Positions 24,078 through 38,008 are shown, counted from the whole stretch's first letter. The stretch: 63,921 nt of DNA, filler included, from Reticulomyxa filosa (GCA_000512085.1; 16 parts of 16 records of this genome joined end to end with filler, not necessarily neighbours in it); one strand, 5' to 3'. Notes: generated by a model not told the origin, from the letters alone. Program-made: numbers and translations.

Positions 24078-25862
24078 ATGTCAGACCCCAACAAAAGCAG
24101 TTCTTCATTATGGATTATTTATTTTATTTTTTGTTTGTTTATTCAGATAAAGCTTACGAAGAGCAACAATGACATACGATCACAACAATTTGACATAAGA
24201 TCGTTCAAAGTCAGCAGCGTCCACGCGCGCAGCACGAAAAAATCCACCGAAAAGGTATGATATATTTTGGACAGTTGAAAAAAGAGGGTGCATATTTCAT
24301 ATACGGCAAGAAAAAAATTACCAAAAATGAGTTTATTGTACAATACAATATATATGTGTGACCCGTAGTGATGCTGAGCCAAACAAAACTCAGTCCAAAT
24401 CGGTGAGCCGTTTGAGTTTGGTTCTTTGTTTGTTTTAAAGAAAGAAGGCCGAATAAAACAAGGGTGAACATTGTCAAATATTGAGATGGATTTTTGTATA
24501 TATGTGTATGTGGCTTGATCAGCAAAAAAGAAAGGCTCAGAAAGTCGAGCAAATGTGGCATCAGAGAACACATCAGGAAAGCAAAATACTCAACCGAAAA
24601 AAGGGATAAAAAAGCCCAATGCTCCAAAAGATGTCGAGAACAAACACGGCAATAGTGAAAAAAATGTTGACATTGACAATAACAGTGACAACGACAATGA
24701 ATTCGAGGAAAAAGAGCAAATGCCCATTGAGCAAGATCGCCAACAGCCCTCTGAGTTTAACACTCAAACCACTCGTAGAATTAGTGACGAAATAGAACAC
24801 AAGAGCATCGTTCCCAAAAAAACACCCGATGTCAAATTCCAATCTGACACACTATATCAGCCCAACAAACCGAAGAAACTTGTTCGTTTTTCTGTCATCC
24901 AATAGAGTAAGAGACTAATAGGGTAGACAGTATGACTAATAGGTTTTTCTGTCATCCGATAGAGTAAGAGGAGAGAGAGAAAGAGACAAAAAAGGGGGAG
25001 AGAAAAAAAAGACTTTACGTATTTTTCTTAATCATTACAACTCGAGGGAGGAGGAAGTTGGAACAAAAAGGGAGTCAATGACTTCAAAAAAAAAAAAAAG
25101 AGAGGAGATGTAAGCAGTCCAGCGACAATTCAAAACGAAGAAGAATCAGTGTCATATAGTGACAGTGGATCAGAGAACGAGAACAATCGAAGCGAAAAGG
25201 ACAAAGACGCCCGACTGGAAAGTGGAAAGACAGAAATTGAAGAAGCAAATCGGAACGTGGCAATGGGTGGTTCGATTGGCACCGGCATAGGGTCGGGCAC
25301 GCACAGCGGCGTCACCATTGGCACAGGGACGGGTACCAATATAGGCAGCACGGTCACCGGCAGTCGCAAAGTGGAAGTGGTGTCGTTGGGTGCAAATATG
25401 ATGCCGATGACAGACGCACCAATGAGTCCAAAAGTGAAGAAGAAGGGCTATACGATTCAATTAGAGGGAGCCGACCTCGATACTCAAACAGTGAGTTCGA
25501 CAGCGACGTTAGGAGACGATATGCGTTCGCGCAACGTATGGTCAAAGGACCGATTGGAAGAGAAGAAGAGTTCGTCGCCTCGTGCAGCGACTGTTGCAAG
25601 TGGAGGGACCAAATCGACCAAGTTGACGGCGACGACAAAAAAGCCCATCAGCAAATCTCCTCCTCCAAAGCCATCCGACAGAAAGCATAGCAATCAGGAC
25701 TCTGGACAAGATGCAACAGGAAATCGAACACGCACTGCCAAGTCTACAGGACCCGCCATTATTCGAAACGCGGGTGTTGTCAAAAAAAGCAATAATGGCA
25801 ATGGCAACCAAAGTCGTGATAATAATAATAATAATAATAACAATAATAACAATAATAACAAT
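24078..25862 (+). CDS. Low-complexity charged Ser/Thr/Lys-rich protein, multi-exon (3' partial)
   Basis: Same-strand coding-like ORFs at 24078-24260, 24555-24905 and 25149-25862, separated by intron-like tracts. No domain recognised. Confidence 0.6.
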
Positions 25863-26429
25863 NNNNNNNNNNNNNNNNNNNNNNNNNNNNNNNNNNNNNN
25901 NNNNNNTTAATTAATTAANNNNNNNNNNNNNNNNNNNNNNNNNNNNNNNNNNNNNNNNNNNNAAAAAAAAAAAATCAAATGAAATGAAATATTGTTGTTT
26001 GTGTTGATGTTTATTTGCATGTTAACTTTTGCGTAATATGAATAGGATAAAAGTGCAAAAAAAAAAAAGCATATTGCAAGAATATCAGAACAAAGGATGA
26101 GTCACAAAATTTAAGTAACTTTCTTTGCCATTGTTTGTATCAGGTTGTTATTGGAATATATAAACACGCTGATACTACTATGTGTTTTGTTCAGACAAGG
26201 TGTTCCTGTTCACTTCCTCCTCTTGCATCTCATTCTCAGATATTTTTTGAAATCCCATGTCCTAGAAATGATAATTGAAATTTAAAAATATACCCATCCA
26301 TGCGATCCTACTCGGCCTCCAATATTAATATAATTGATTATCACTGGACAATCCGATTCACTCCAAAAAGCATTTTAATCACTTCATCACCTGACTCGAT
26401 CTAATTCTATTGCTTCAATTCAGTTCAAT

Positions 26430-28460
26430 CCCTCAATCGAAATGTTCCGCTGCCTAGTGCTATTGTCATTCCATTTGTATTATGACATCTGGATATCCGT
26501 TCATTGACATCAAGGCCATTATCCCGTTTTTATCGATCCCAAATATCCTGCATCATCCAAATAAAACAAGACAAAAAAGACAATGTCAAAAAAAAAAGAT
26601 ATAGCCAGAAGTATTTGGATGATGCAAGATTGTGATAATGCATGCGCATTATTCATTTGTTTTATTATTATTATTATTCATTGTGATCTTGGATTCACTT
26701 GATCGAATATGCGATTTGGATATTGAAAACATGGGACAGCACTCAACTTGTCATTTTTTGTTTCGTGACTGTATGTATATATCATTATTTGTACGTGCAA
26801 GTAAACGTATACATATACATGTTTGGGCATGTGCGTGAATAGATGTGAAATCAAGCAAATGATAATAATAAAGAGAAACAATTGATACAAGCTACTAATT
26901 TATTCGTTACAAGTTTCATCTATCGTTATCATCGTCATTATATTTCATTTTATTATTATCATTCAAAGTCCCATTCTGTCCAATATCGATATCATGTGGT
27001 GTATGTTATGGTGTTATTCATACTCATTTGCCTACGTTTACACCGACATATGAATTGATATTTAATATGATTAATATCATTTCTTTGGTGTAAAATAACT
27101 TGTAATGTAATTATTTGATGGACCTTTGACTGTAGAATCTTCATCTTCCATTGTTCATTTCATATTGGTATCAATCTATCTTTATTTATTTTTGTGTGTG
27201 TATTTACAAGTGAACATGATAATGTAAACAATATTTAAGTACAGATAAATGTGTGTATATATTTATATGATGTACTGATAAATAGTTAACCGAAAGATCA
27301 TTCAATTGAGAAAAAAGCCCAGCAAATGACAAAAAAAAAAAGAAACATTTGATCTTCTCCTGAAGTCAAGTATGGCTATTATATTAATGATCTACAGTTG
27401 TCCATTTTTGTATAATAATATTGGTGTATGCCTATTTATTATGTATATTAGCACCATATCAATTAATTCACGTCGATTTAATCCATTGCACAAAATATCA
27501 TTGTATCAAACGCAGACGATGTATTTGACATATTAATACGTTGTCGTTTATTATAAAACAACAAGATGCAGAACCAAACATTGAGATTAACAAATTGCAT
27601 GTGTCATTTAAAGTCAACGTCAATGGTCTGAGATTGTTGTCAAGTTATAACGACCTTTTCCATCAATCATTTCCTACTTGGCATAAACTGCATACTTTTT
27701 TTTTGGATGTAAAAACAGATTTACTTATTTATGTGATATAGCATGTGTATGTATATGTGTATTAATTAGATATTTGATAAGACAAGCAATCACCATGAAA
27801 TCTCATTGTATCAACATCGTTTGTTATCAATTCACAAGATTATTATTCAATATATATTTCAATACATATTCGATCACCATTTATCAAATATTTTCATTTT
27901 TCATCGATAAAGATCATTGTCGTGTCGATATTAAGATTCAGCAAAATAACACGATATTTGACAAAAGAAATGATTTGTGAAGTATATGCCATTGTGCAAA
28001 AGCGACGATCAAGACCTATCCAAAAAGAAAATATTGGATTGTTCGTTGGTAGCGATCATAGAAGGTCGAATCAGTAATTTTTTGCCCGTTTGACGAAAGT
28101 GTGTAAGATTTTATTTTGTTTTGTACAAAATAAATAAAAATCACGTGTTAGTGTTGAATGTTTACATTGTGCAATAGGACGAATAATTAATTGCGATAAA
28201 ACAAAAAAAAGATAATCGTAGCAAAAAAAATTGCGAATATTGCATCTTTGTTCCAGTCACACGCATTATCGTTGTATCACCACTTATTACTTGGCCCAAG
28301 ATCGAGCCATTTTACCACTTTGTCACACACTCCAACATTTGATATCAATAAATATTTATAATCTGAACATAATCATGCTAATGTTACTACATTGCACAAA
28401 ATTGGTAGTGGATATAATTGATCGTTGTCCAAATGTGTCATTGACATAGACTATATCCTC
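26430..28460 (-). pseudogene. Heavily decayed ankyrin-repeat gene (tentative)
   Basis: Broken minus-strand fragments resemble the ankyrin consensus: NGLDVNE...TNGMT..LAAEH (about 26440-26525), VNV.NEY.ITP*H (about 27005-27045) and YGANIHNK..HTPILL.KNGQL*II (about 27390-27458). No intact ORF. Confidence 0.45.
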
Positions 28461-29262
28461 ATTTGGCATGTTAGTCGTACCAGAAGCCATTCAACTATGT
28501 GTATTGTGTCAATTTCAGTTTGATTAATTGGCTATCATGGGGTTAAATAAAAACTAAGTTCGACTCGTTTTAGAACATGTTCGATATTAACTACATTTCA
28601 ACAGTGACAGTCATCTTATTACACAATCAATATAATTAACTATTCTCAAATTGTCTCATTCTGTTCATCAGCACACGCTCCAATTGCATTAATAGGTTGA
28701 TTGATCACTACAATTTGCACTCCACATTCATTTGCTCATTTTTTTATTCGTTCATACATCGAATTATCCATTTATTTGTCATTCGTTCAATCCATCAATT
28801 GTTCGCTGACATATCCTACCAAACTGCGATTAAAATTGTTATTCAGTGATTGAACCAGCAAAGCGCAACCAAGGAAATGGCATTCATGAAACAACACAAA
28901 GAAATATTAAATACTTTTTTATTTGCTTTGCTGTTTGTTTATTAATGTCATTTCTTCTGTTCCCTCCCTATTTTACAAATAAACAAAAAAAAGATATCTG
29001 TGTTTCAAATGTATTCATTTGTACACACTATGCTTTCAAACTTTTTTTTAAAAACAAAATGGAATCTGTTCATATATTTAAATATATACGTACACACGCC
29101 TTTTGTTTTTTTTAGTAATTGTTTTGTGTTGGAGAAATTCGAATGAAAGATAATATCGCTAGNNNNNNNNNNNNNNNNNNNNNNNNNNNNNNNNNNNNNN
29201 NNNNNNTTAATTAATTAANNNNNNNNNNNNNNNNNNNNNNNNNNNNNNNNNNNNNNNNNNNN

Positions 29263-29667
29263 GTGATGAGTGTAAAATATGGATCAAATGAATTATTAAA
29301 TACAATATTATCTGAATCACAAGATAAAAGTGTTCGTTTATGGGATATTCGATCTGGTCAACAAATTCAAGTGTTCAATGGGCATACAAGTATTGCATGG
29401 TCTGTTGAATATTCACCACTTGTAATAAATGATAATATTGATAATTCAAATGTGATATGTTCTGGATCAGGTGATAATACAATTCGTTTTTGGGATATTC
29501 GGTCAAATAAGAATGAATTGTATATGATCAAAGGTGATGAAGAAGATTGGGGAATATATTGTCTTAAATTTATTGGATTGAAAAAGAGATATAAGACAAA
29601 GAATGTTACATATGATTTGAAATTGTGTTATGGTTCACGCAAAGGCCCCATTCGTATTTGGGGATAA
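29263..29667 (+). CDS. WD40-repeat protein, C-terminal part
   Basis: SVRLWDIRSGQQIQVFNGH, ICSGSGDNTIRFWDIRSNK and terminal GPIRIWG. Paralogue of 45438-46766. Confidence 0.92.
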   Translation: MMSVKYGSNELLNTILSESQDKSVRLWDIRSGQQIQVFNGHTSIAWSVEYSPLVINDNIDNSNVICSGSGDNTIRFWDIRSNKNELYMIKGDEEDWGIYCLKFIGLKKRYKTKNVTYDLKLCYGSRKGPIRIWG

Positions 29668-30234
29668 TTTACTTTTTGAATAAGAAATGAAAGTGTTTTT
29701 GTTTGAAAAGAAAAGTAAGGTGGTATTAATTTATTTGATTTGATTGAATGCAAGCACTGAAAGATGTGTTCTATCTTAGTTTGCTTAAAAAAATTTAAAA
29801 AGCTGCGTTCAATGTTTTTTGAAGAATTTGAAATAAAAATCTTATCCAAATATGAAACAAATTACAAAATATTTTAAGTATGTTTTTTTTATAGCATTGA
29901 GCACGATTGTATTTGTAATAATTCATGACATAAATCCTTCTATTTCGAATCGGAATATTATTTAAAAACTTAAAATATTGTTGTTGTTATTGAATTTTTT
30001 CAAAGAATACAGCAACAGATATAAGAAAGGGAAAAGGTGTCTTAAATTTGAAAAACAGACAGCAAAGTAAGATACCATTGCAATTTAAATAAGAAGGTAT
30101 GCTGGATTCCTTTTAAGCGTATCACATTCTAAATTTTAATATAATTAAATTGGAAAATAATAATCAAAGAAAATTTTTATTTATGCTTTTCAATTCACAA
30201 AAAATTGAAAAACTTCAAAAAAATCAATCTATCT

Positions 30235-30835
30235 TCATCCCCAAACACCAATTAAACCTTCACTGAACAATAACAGATATTCACATAAATATCACAATTT
30301 GATTTTTGTTCATTGTCATTTACCTTCCTTTTCAATTCCATAAATTTTAAACATAATACTTGGTCATCTACTTTCATTACATACAATTCACTCTTATTTG
30401 ATCGAATATCCCAAAAGCGAATTGTTTTATCATCTGATCCAGAACATATCACATTTGAATTATCATTACTATTCTTTATTACAAATGGTGAATATTCTAC
30501 ATCACACACTTGATCTGTATGTCCATTGAACACTTGAATTTGTTGACAAGATCGAATATCCCATAAACGAACACTGTTATCTGCAGATCCAGATAATATT
30601 GTATTTAATAATTCATTTGATCCATATTTTACACTCATCACATTATATTTATGTCCTTTGAATACATTGAATTGTTTTGTTGTTTCAATATCCCATATTC
30701 GAATGGTTTTATCAAATGACCCAGAACAGATTGTATATCCATTTCCACCAATCACACCAATATTATTATTATCCATTACCTTATTATTGCCTTGTAATGG
30801 TGAAATATCAACACATTGGACACCATCTGCATGTC
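30235..30835 (-). CDS. WD40-repeat protein, C-terminal part; 1-nt frameshift just before the terminal GLIGVWG
   Basis: Same family (GGNGYTICSGSFDKTIRIWDIET, two WDIR motifs). It is convergent with the 29263 copy. The family terminus GLIGVWG* lies in a shifted frame ending at 30235. Confidence 0.88.
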
Positions 30836-30935
30836 NNNNNNNNNNNNNNNNNNNNNNNNNNNNNNNNNNNNNNNNNNNNTTAATTAATTAANNNNNNNNN
30901 NNNNNNNNNNNNNNNNNNNNNNNNNNNNNNNNNNN

Positions 30936-31191
30936 TGCGTATGGCATCACTTATCTGATTGCTATTGGACTTGTTGAATACCCTACACTTCGTTTTTTTT
31001 TTCATTTCATTTTCCCCCCCCCCCCCCCCAAACAAGGTTTGATATGAACGTACCACTTTTGATACATTCATACAACACATACATTTGTCACATCTCCTAA
31101 ACTGCGGCTGTGTTTGAGGATCTAAATGAAATACTTGAAAATATTCGCTGCTGCAGAAATTTACAGGATTTTGAAAACAAATATCTTCCAT
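30936..31191 (-). CDS. First exon(s) of a hypothetical Cys-containing protein
   Basis: MEDICFQNPVNFCSSEYFQVFHLDPQTQPQFRRCDKCMCCMNVSKV is followed by a GTACG donor. Divergent from the DUS gene. Confidence 0.35.
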
Positions 31192-31456
31192 TAATACTCA
31201 TTCTTTGAGTCAACGCAAATGTCATTTTCTCCAACTTTTTTTTTTCCTCCTCTCCCCCTCTTTCAAAAAACATCCCACGTTTACTGATTCTACACCAAAA
31301 ATGAAGCAACAATTGTTATGTACTTTTTTTTTTCAGTTTAAATATGTCAAATACATTTCAAAAGTTTAATTTCTTTTTAACTGCAACTGTGAATCTTTTT
31401 GAAGTGAAAAATAAGCCCCCATTATATCTCGTAATATCATAATAATATTTCGGAGA

Positions 31457-31957
31457 ATGTCGAGTATAGAATCAAATGGGGCTAAACCTGCATCTCGATC
31501 AGAAGTGCTTTGTTTCAGTGATAGAATATTTGGTGCGAATTGGAAAGCATTGAAGAAAGAAAGGGCATCCAAAAAGAACGAGCAAAAGTCCAAAAGTGAT
31601 CCAAATGCGAATGGCACGAGCATAGAGCAAAAGACAAGAAAGAGCAAAGTTCCAAAGGAGATCGAAGCCGAGCTGAGGGAGCTTCAAATAGCGCGAGTAG
31701 TCGCGCCGATGGTGCGCTACAGCAAGCTGCCGTTCCGAATGTTGTGCCGCCAATGGGGTTGCGATTTGGCGTACACGCCAATGATAATGGCTGATGCATT
31801 TGTGCGTTCCAAAAAAGCTCAAGATTCGGACTTTAGCACCTGCGCCGCGGATCGTCCATTGATTGTACAATTCGCAAGCAATAACCCTACTGACTTTGCA
31901 ACCGCCGCACAAATCGTTCAGCCTTATTGTGATGGCGTCGACCTGAATTGTGGCTGG
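31457..31957 (+). CDS. DUS4L: tRNA-dihydrouridine synthase 4-like (3' partial)
   Basis: APMVRYSKLPFRMLCR, DLAYTPMIMADAF, DRPLIVQFA and CDGVDLNCG. Confidence 0.92.
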
Positions 31958-33065
31958 NNNNNNNNNNNNNNNNNNNNNNNNNNNNNNNNNNNNNNNNNNN
32001 NTTAATTAATTAANNNNNNNNNNNNNNNNNNNNNNNNNNNNNNNNNNNNNNNNNNNNTGAACACATAACTGATTTTTTAAATATATTTGAGAAGGATCAA
32101 TTGTTAATTTGTGCAACTAATTTTGCAGTTAAGTTCTGCTTCTTTATTTTGTATTTTGTGATATGTATGAATAAAAAGATGAATGACTTTACTTGGAACA
32201 GAGTCATTGATTATTTTAAAAATGTCACTTTTACAGATATTTTCCATTCTAATTTTTAGCACATCAAAAAGATTCTGCAATAACTTTGCAATATGTCATT
32301 ACACAATTGGCAAACAACTAGCCAATAAATAGTCGCTTGAGAAACATAATATTAAGTGCGATAACTTGATTTGCTTTATTATCGATCACAGATGCACTAC
32401 ATAATGATTGTTCTCGTCTTGAAATTCATATGCTACAATTTATGTTACCATTTAATCTTTATTTTCAATTATTTTTTGTTGAATTCGGTTTGTTTTATTA
32501 CGCTATATTATATAATTTTTCGCATCGTTTGGTGAACATGTATCATCTTGTCTTTGAATCATTTCAAAGCTTTATTGCATATAACACTTATTCCACTATT
32601 CATTATAGAACGTACTACCGAAGAGCAACTCAGAAAAAAAAAACACGTTCAATTGTAAATCCAGTTTTGTCAAGTACGGCGAAATGTTGGCATAATGCAG
32701 TTCGCATTTTCTTTTACTTCATCAATATCTTGATTTTATATCAGTATTTTAATTGAATTTTCATTGAACGGGGACTTTTTACAGAGACCACAACACAAAA
32801 TTTATAAAGCAAAAAGACATTGCGCTGTTTTATTTCTCTTTGTCTAAGCGTTTTTACATTTTATGGAATTAATATAGAGTTACCTCAGGAGACCACTTTC
32901 ACATTTTTAGCTTTTTAAGTGACCAAAGAAAAAACACCAGTCAACTTGAGACTAAATCTCGACTTTGGAAGGAAGACAGTTTTTGTGTTTGCCTTAGTGA
33001 CGGCGTAAAACTAAACTTTGAGGTTAAAAAAAATTTTATATACTTGTTCATTACTGTGCCTGGAT

Positions 33066-36000
33066 ATGAGTCGCAAGCGCAAGCTTGAAAATGTGGATAC
33101 CTCTGGTTGGTGTTTGTGTTGATACTTTTTATTTGAGCCGCTTCGCAATGAATGTGTGTGAATTGTAACAAGCAGTGCCAATTTCGACAAAGAAGCAGCG
33201 TTTGGCCTCGAATGGCCGTCAATCAATGTATCCTTACCTGATTCCGCTACCTCCAAGCGAGGAAAGCAAGCGAAGCACGGCTCTCAACGGCAACACTGTG
33301 CAGAAGACCGACGTAAATTCAAAGGTCGGCTTTGGGTTGCAAGTGCAAACCAAGTGTCAAGGCGTGTGTAGAAACAAGCGTAAAGGGATGACCATAAAGC
33401 CATTCAAAGGTGAGTTGCAGATAACATAAGACGTGGAGCAGTAGTAAGTGTCCAATTGCATTTGTACATTATCCTCCCCTTTTTTTTTTTTAAAACAACA
33501 GAGCAACCAAAGCTTGAGGCCAACTTTGAAGCAAATACCATAAATAAATTAATCGACGCCATTGAGGCTGTGTTTGCAAAGAAAGCAGCTAATTGCAGCT
33601 TTGAAGAATTGTACAAAGTTATTTTTCAAAAAAATTGTCCTTTTTTTTTTTTCAAACCAATCAAAAATATCTCTTTTTTTTTTGAGGTTAAAAGTTGTAA
33701 TTTTTTTTATTTTTTTTGTGATGAATGAAAAAAAAAAAATAATAATAATAATAAATGAAAGGCATGCCAATCATTATGCACATTAAAAAAAGGAAAACAA
33801 ATGTACGACCGACTATTCGAGGCGTGCGACGTGCACATCCAGCAAATGGTGAACGAGTGGATGGACGTGAGCATCAAACACCCGCAGTCATTTTTGGAGC
33901 CGCTGAAGTGCATGTGGGAGTCGCACTGCGAGGAAATGCACGCCATTCGACAGGTCTTTTTGCTGCTGGACAAAACGTACGTGAAGACGTCGACGGACAT
34001 GAAGTCACTGTGGAGCGTGGGCATCCATTTACTGAAGAAGCACATTCTCGCCAAGGACAGCGCGTGTCATTGGCTGATCATGCACTTGCTGCAGCTTATT
34101 GAAAACGAGAGAAACGGAGAGCAAATCGATCGCGAGTTGTTGAAGCCCATTGTTCGAATGATTACTTGTTTGGACCTCTACCAATCTATTTTGGAACCAC
34201 GTTAATCAACATATATTATATAAATATATATGTGCATGCATTTATATATGCATATATATATATATATATTTGTTGTTGTTGTTGAATAAATAATTTGCAT
34301 ACAGAGTTGATCAAGGCTTCCATTAAATATTACGAAAATGAAGGAAATAACTTGGTGATGACCATGAGTGTCCCGGACTACTTGTCACATGTGCTGAAGC
34401 GATTGAAGGAAGAAGTTAAAGCTGTTGTTTTCATGCTTTGCACATTTTGTTTTTTTTTTTTTTAAAAAAAAAAAGAGGGTGTTTTGGAACAATGCTCTGC
34501 CGACACATTGTTCATTTGTCGATTAGGACAATCGCGTGAAAACGTATTTGGAAGTACGGACACAGCGGCCCATTGTGCTGGCTATCGAAACGCAAATGAT
34601 AAAGAGTCACGCCAAAAATATTCTGAGCAAAGGGTTCGAGGCGATGATGGACGAATCGAGGTTTTTGGAACTGCGACACTTGTACGAGCTGCTGTGCAAT
34701 GTGCAGGAGACGGACGCGCTGCAGCAGAGCTTCCACGAGTACATCAAAAAAAGGGGCCTCGAAGTCGTGGCTAGCGAAGCTGGAAAAGAAATGGTGTCGC
34801 TGCTCTTGAAGTTCAAAGCTAAGCTCGATCGCGTCGTCAATGAGTCCTTTCACAACGACCGCCAATTCCATCACGCCATTAGACACTCGTGGGAGCACTT
34901 TTTGAATGTCAGGCAAGACAAGCCTGCCGAATTGATTGCCAAAGTTTTGCAAACCAACATATACATATATGTATATGTGTAATGTATATATACATATATA
35001 CATTTATATTTATATTTATATTTACATGTATATGTGATGATGTTCAATAAGAACTTACTTTGTTTGAAAATATTAATTGAAATAGTTCATTGACTATAAG
35101 CTGAGTAAGGAAGCTCGTGGGACAAGTGAGCAGGAATTGGAGGATTGCTTGGATCGCGTTATGGACATCTTTCGCTTTATTCATGGCAAGGACGTCTTTC
35201 AAGCTTTTTACAAAAAAGATTTTGCCAAAGTTGTATTTTTTTCTTGGTTCGTTTTTTGTTTTTTTTTCTCGTTTGTTTGTTTGTGTATCATTTTTCCTAC
35301 ATTGATTGATCCTTCCCTCCATATATCGATTTTCTATCTCTCTGGTGGTAAGACTCAACAACGCAACCGGAGCACACACACATATACTTTGAACAAAACA
35401 ACGCAAATATAAAGAGATTGCTATTAAATACATCAGCATCCGAAGATGCTGAAAAAAATATGATCAATCGCATCCGAAAAGAATGCGGCCAGGCCTTTGC
35501 ATCCAACTTGGAAAATATGTTCAATGACATGAGCATATCTCGAGATTTGCAAACCAAATTCAAAGCCCACGTTGACACCACTAACCTCGCAGTTTTTTAG
35601 TGCAGTGTGTTTTCTATCCTGTTTTTTTCCCCCCCCCCCCCTTATATCATATGATTAGTCCGCAGAGCAATGTATAAGGAAAGAGGCTAGTTTGAGAGGC
35701 AAACCGTCAGAAATGTTCAATACACAAATAAACCAATAAACACGGGAATGGTGATATATGCATATATATTCAAGGTTTCACAACAAATGGCAAACATGGA
35801 CTTCCAAGTGGATGTATTGACTTGCGGCTGCTGGCCGACTTATGACACTGAGCCAATTGATTTGCCCTCGCAAGTTCAATCTGTATTGGTAAGTTGCATT
35901 GTTACAAACAAAAAAAGAGAGAGAAAACGAATATTTCATCTTTTACTCTTGTGGTTCTCTCTTTTTCAGGACTCGTTTCGAAGCTTTTATTGCCATATCA

Positions 36001-36881
36001 ACTCTGGACGTCAGCTCAATTGGACTGTATCCCTAAGTCATTGTATCATTAGTGCTCATTTCCCAAAGGTCGAGTAGTTTACTTTTTAAAAAAAAAAAAA
36101 TTGTGTTGTATTATATGTTGCTCGATGTTTGATCGGATGAGATTCTGGCACTAAGATGGGTTTGCTTCTGTGACAGGGGAAAAAAGAGTTGGTAATGTCC
36201 GCATTCCAAGGGGCAGTGATTTTATTGTTTAATCAGAAAAATTGTTGGCAATTTCACGAAATCATGACCGCTACTAAAATCAGTTTTGATGTGTTTGGAA
36301 TTATGTTATTTTTTTATTTTTATTTGGTAAAATACATAAATATGGGTTGTCATCATAATCGAATTGCTATTGATTGTTGGTTAAGAAAAAGAGGAACTGA
36401 AAAGAACATTGGTGTCTTTAGTGAAGACAAATTTGTTATTGAATCGAGTATGCGCAGAGGATCCGGACAAAACAGAATATAAAGTGAATGCGGCTTATAC
36501 AAACCGTGCAATTCGTGTCAAAGTCAACCAAGTGCAGATCGAAGAAACAAAACATGAACACCAGTCCACATCGGAAAAAATTTTTCATGATCGCCAATAT
36601 CAAGTTTTGTTTTTGTTTTTTTTTTTTGCGTTTTTGTAAAGGGGAGGAGCGTTCAGTTTTAACGAGTTGTTTTTTTTAATGAACAGATTGATGCTTGTAT
36701 TGTGCGAATACTGAAAGCGCGGAAAACGTTGACTCATCAACAACTGATGGTAGAGGTCTTGAAGCAGTTGCGCTTTGAAGCAGATCCAAAGCAAATGAAA
36801 AAGAGAATTGCTACTTTGATTGAAAATGAATATATGGAAAGGGACAAAGACAATAGTAGTGTTTATCACTACAAAGCTTAA
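33066..36881 (+). CDS. CUL4: Cullin-4, complete multi-exon gene
   Basis: Exon 1 reads MSRKRKLENVDTS (NLS-like). CUL4-type N-terminus TIKPFK|EQPKLEANF...SFEELYK. Further motifs KPAELIAK, FRFIHGKDVFQAFYKKDFAK and C-terminal DRQYQ|IDACIVRILKARK (neddylation Lys), ending YHYKA*. Confidence 0.93.
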
Positions 36882-37458
36882 CATTTCAAAAAAGAATAAT
36901 GAACAAACAGCACCACAACAATAAATTTATTCCATTAGTTTTTTTTAATGAACAAACGAATGATTTACATGTCTTATTGAAAACCATCACAAACTTTGTG
37001 TGACTCCTAGATAGTTAATGATTGTTTGAATTCCACGTTCAAAAGTCTTGATTCGGATTAATTTAACAAACTCGTCAACTAGTTGATTTTTTCACCAAGT
37101 GGCAAGTGCGCCTGTTACTATCGACACTCACCTTCTCAAAACAAATATAAAAAGTCTTTTATTAAATATTTTTCTTTTTAAATCTCAAACTTACTTAAAA
37201 ATGCTGTATTATCAGAATTGGTTGCAAAATGAACATACATGCTTTTATTGATATAAAGCTTACATCTTATTCTCTACGTTATGTACATTCGTAAAAAGTA
37301 AATCAAAGATTTAAGATATATAAGATTGTTACTCGTTTAAGCATTTCAAACAACGGCTAAGCTGAGAAGTTTTAAAAAGTGAATTTATATTGTTCGTTTT
37401 TATGAGTTGTTTATTCTAGTTTGCACAATTAATGATCTGCAAAGTAAACACGTACATA

Positions 37459-37584
37459 ATGGATCCGACTAAAAAGTATCTTTTTCAAAATTTTTAGGTC
37501 ATGTAGGCTCTTGTGGAATCTAGTCTTTATGTTTACCGGCTACAAGCAATGCTGGTTTTTCCTGACAACTTTACTCCTGTCTGA
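37459..37584 (+). pseudogene. Relic 3' end of a paralogue of the membrane protein at 38009-39680
   Basis: MDPT...LLWNLVFMFTGYKQCWF-PDNFTPV* aligns with IDPT...FLWTLVFMYAGYEQYWFYPDNFTSVK*. It has indels and no upstream ORF. Confidence 0.8.
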
Positions 37585-38008
37585 CACATTTCTCTTTCAC
37601 TTTTGTATAAAACTTTGCTTCTAATATTCACAATCAAGTTTCTCTTAAATGAAACTAAGAAACCAAAAGAGTGACCCGTTTCTTGTTCTGTGACTTCGTA
37701 CACCCTCAGAAAAAACAGAGTTGGTTTGAGATTTTGGAGTGGAAATTAAAGTCTGTCTCTCTTCAATCGTAACCTGTTTCAAATTTAAGTCAAAGACAAC
37801 TTGTAAAATTATTTCCCTAAAGATAATAAATGTTAACTTGTAACTTCGTATTGTCGTTCAAACCTATTTGATTTTTAATTGACATTAAAATGAGGATTAA
37901 AATATATATCATTTTGTTATTGAACAATAATAATAAAAAAAGGTCTTTTGATTGAATGGAATAATCTTTCTCCAAGATTCACAATAAACGATAGAGCATA
38001 AACGACAA

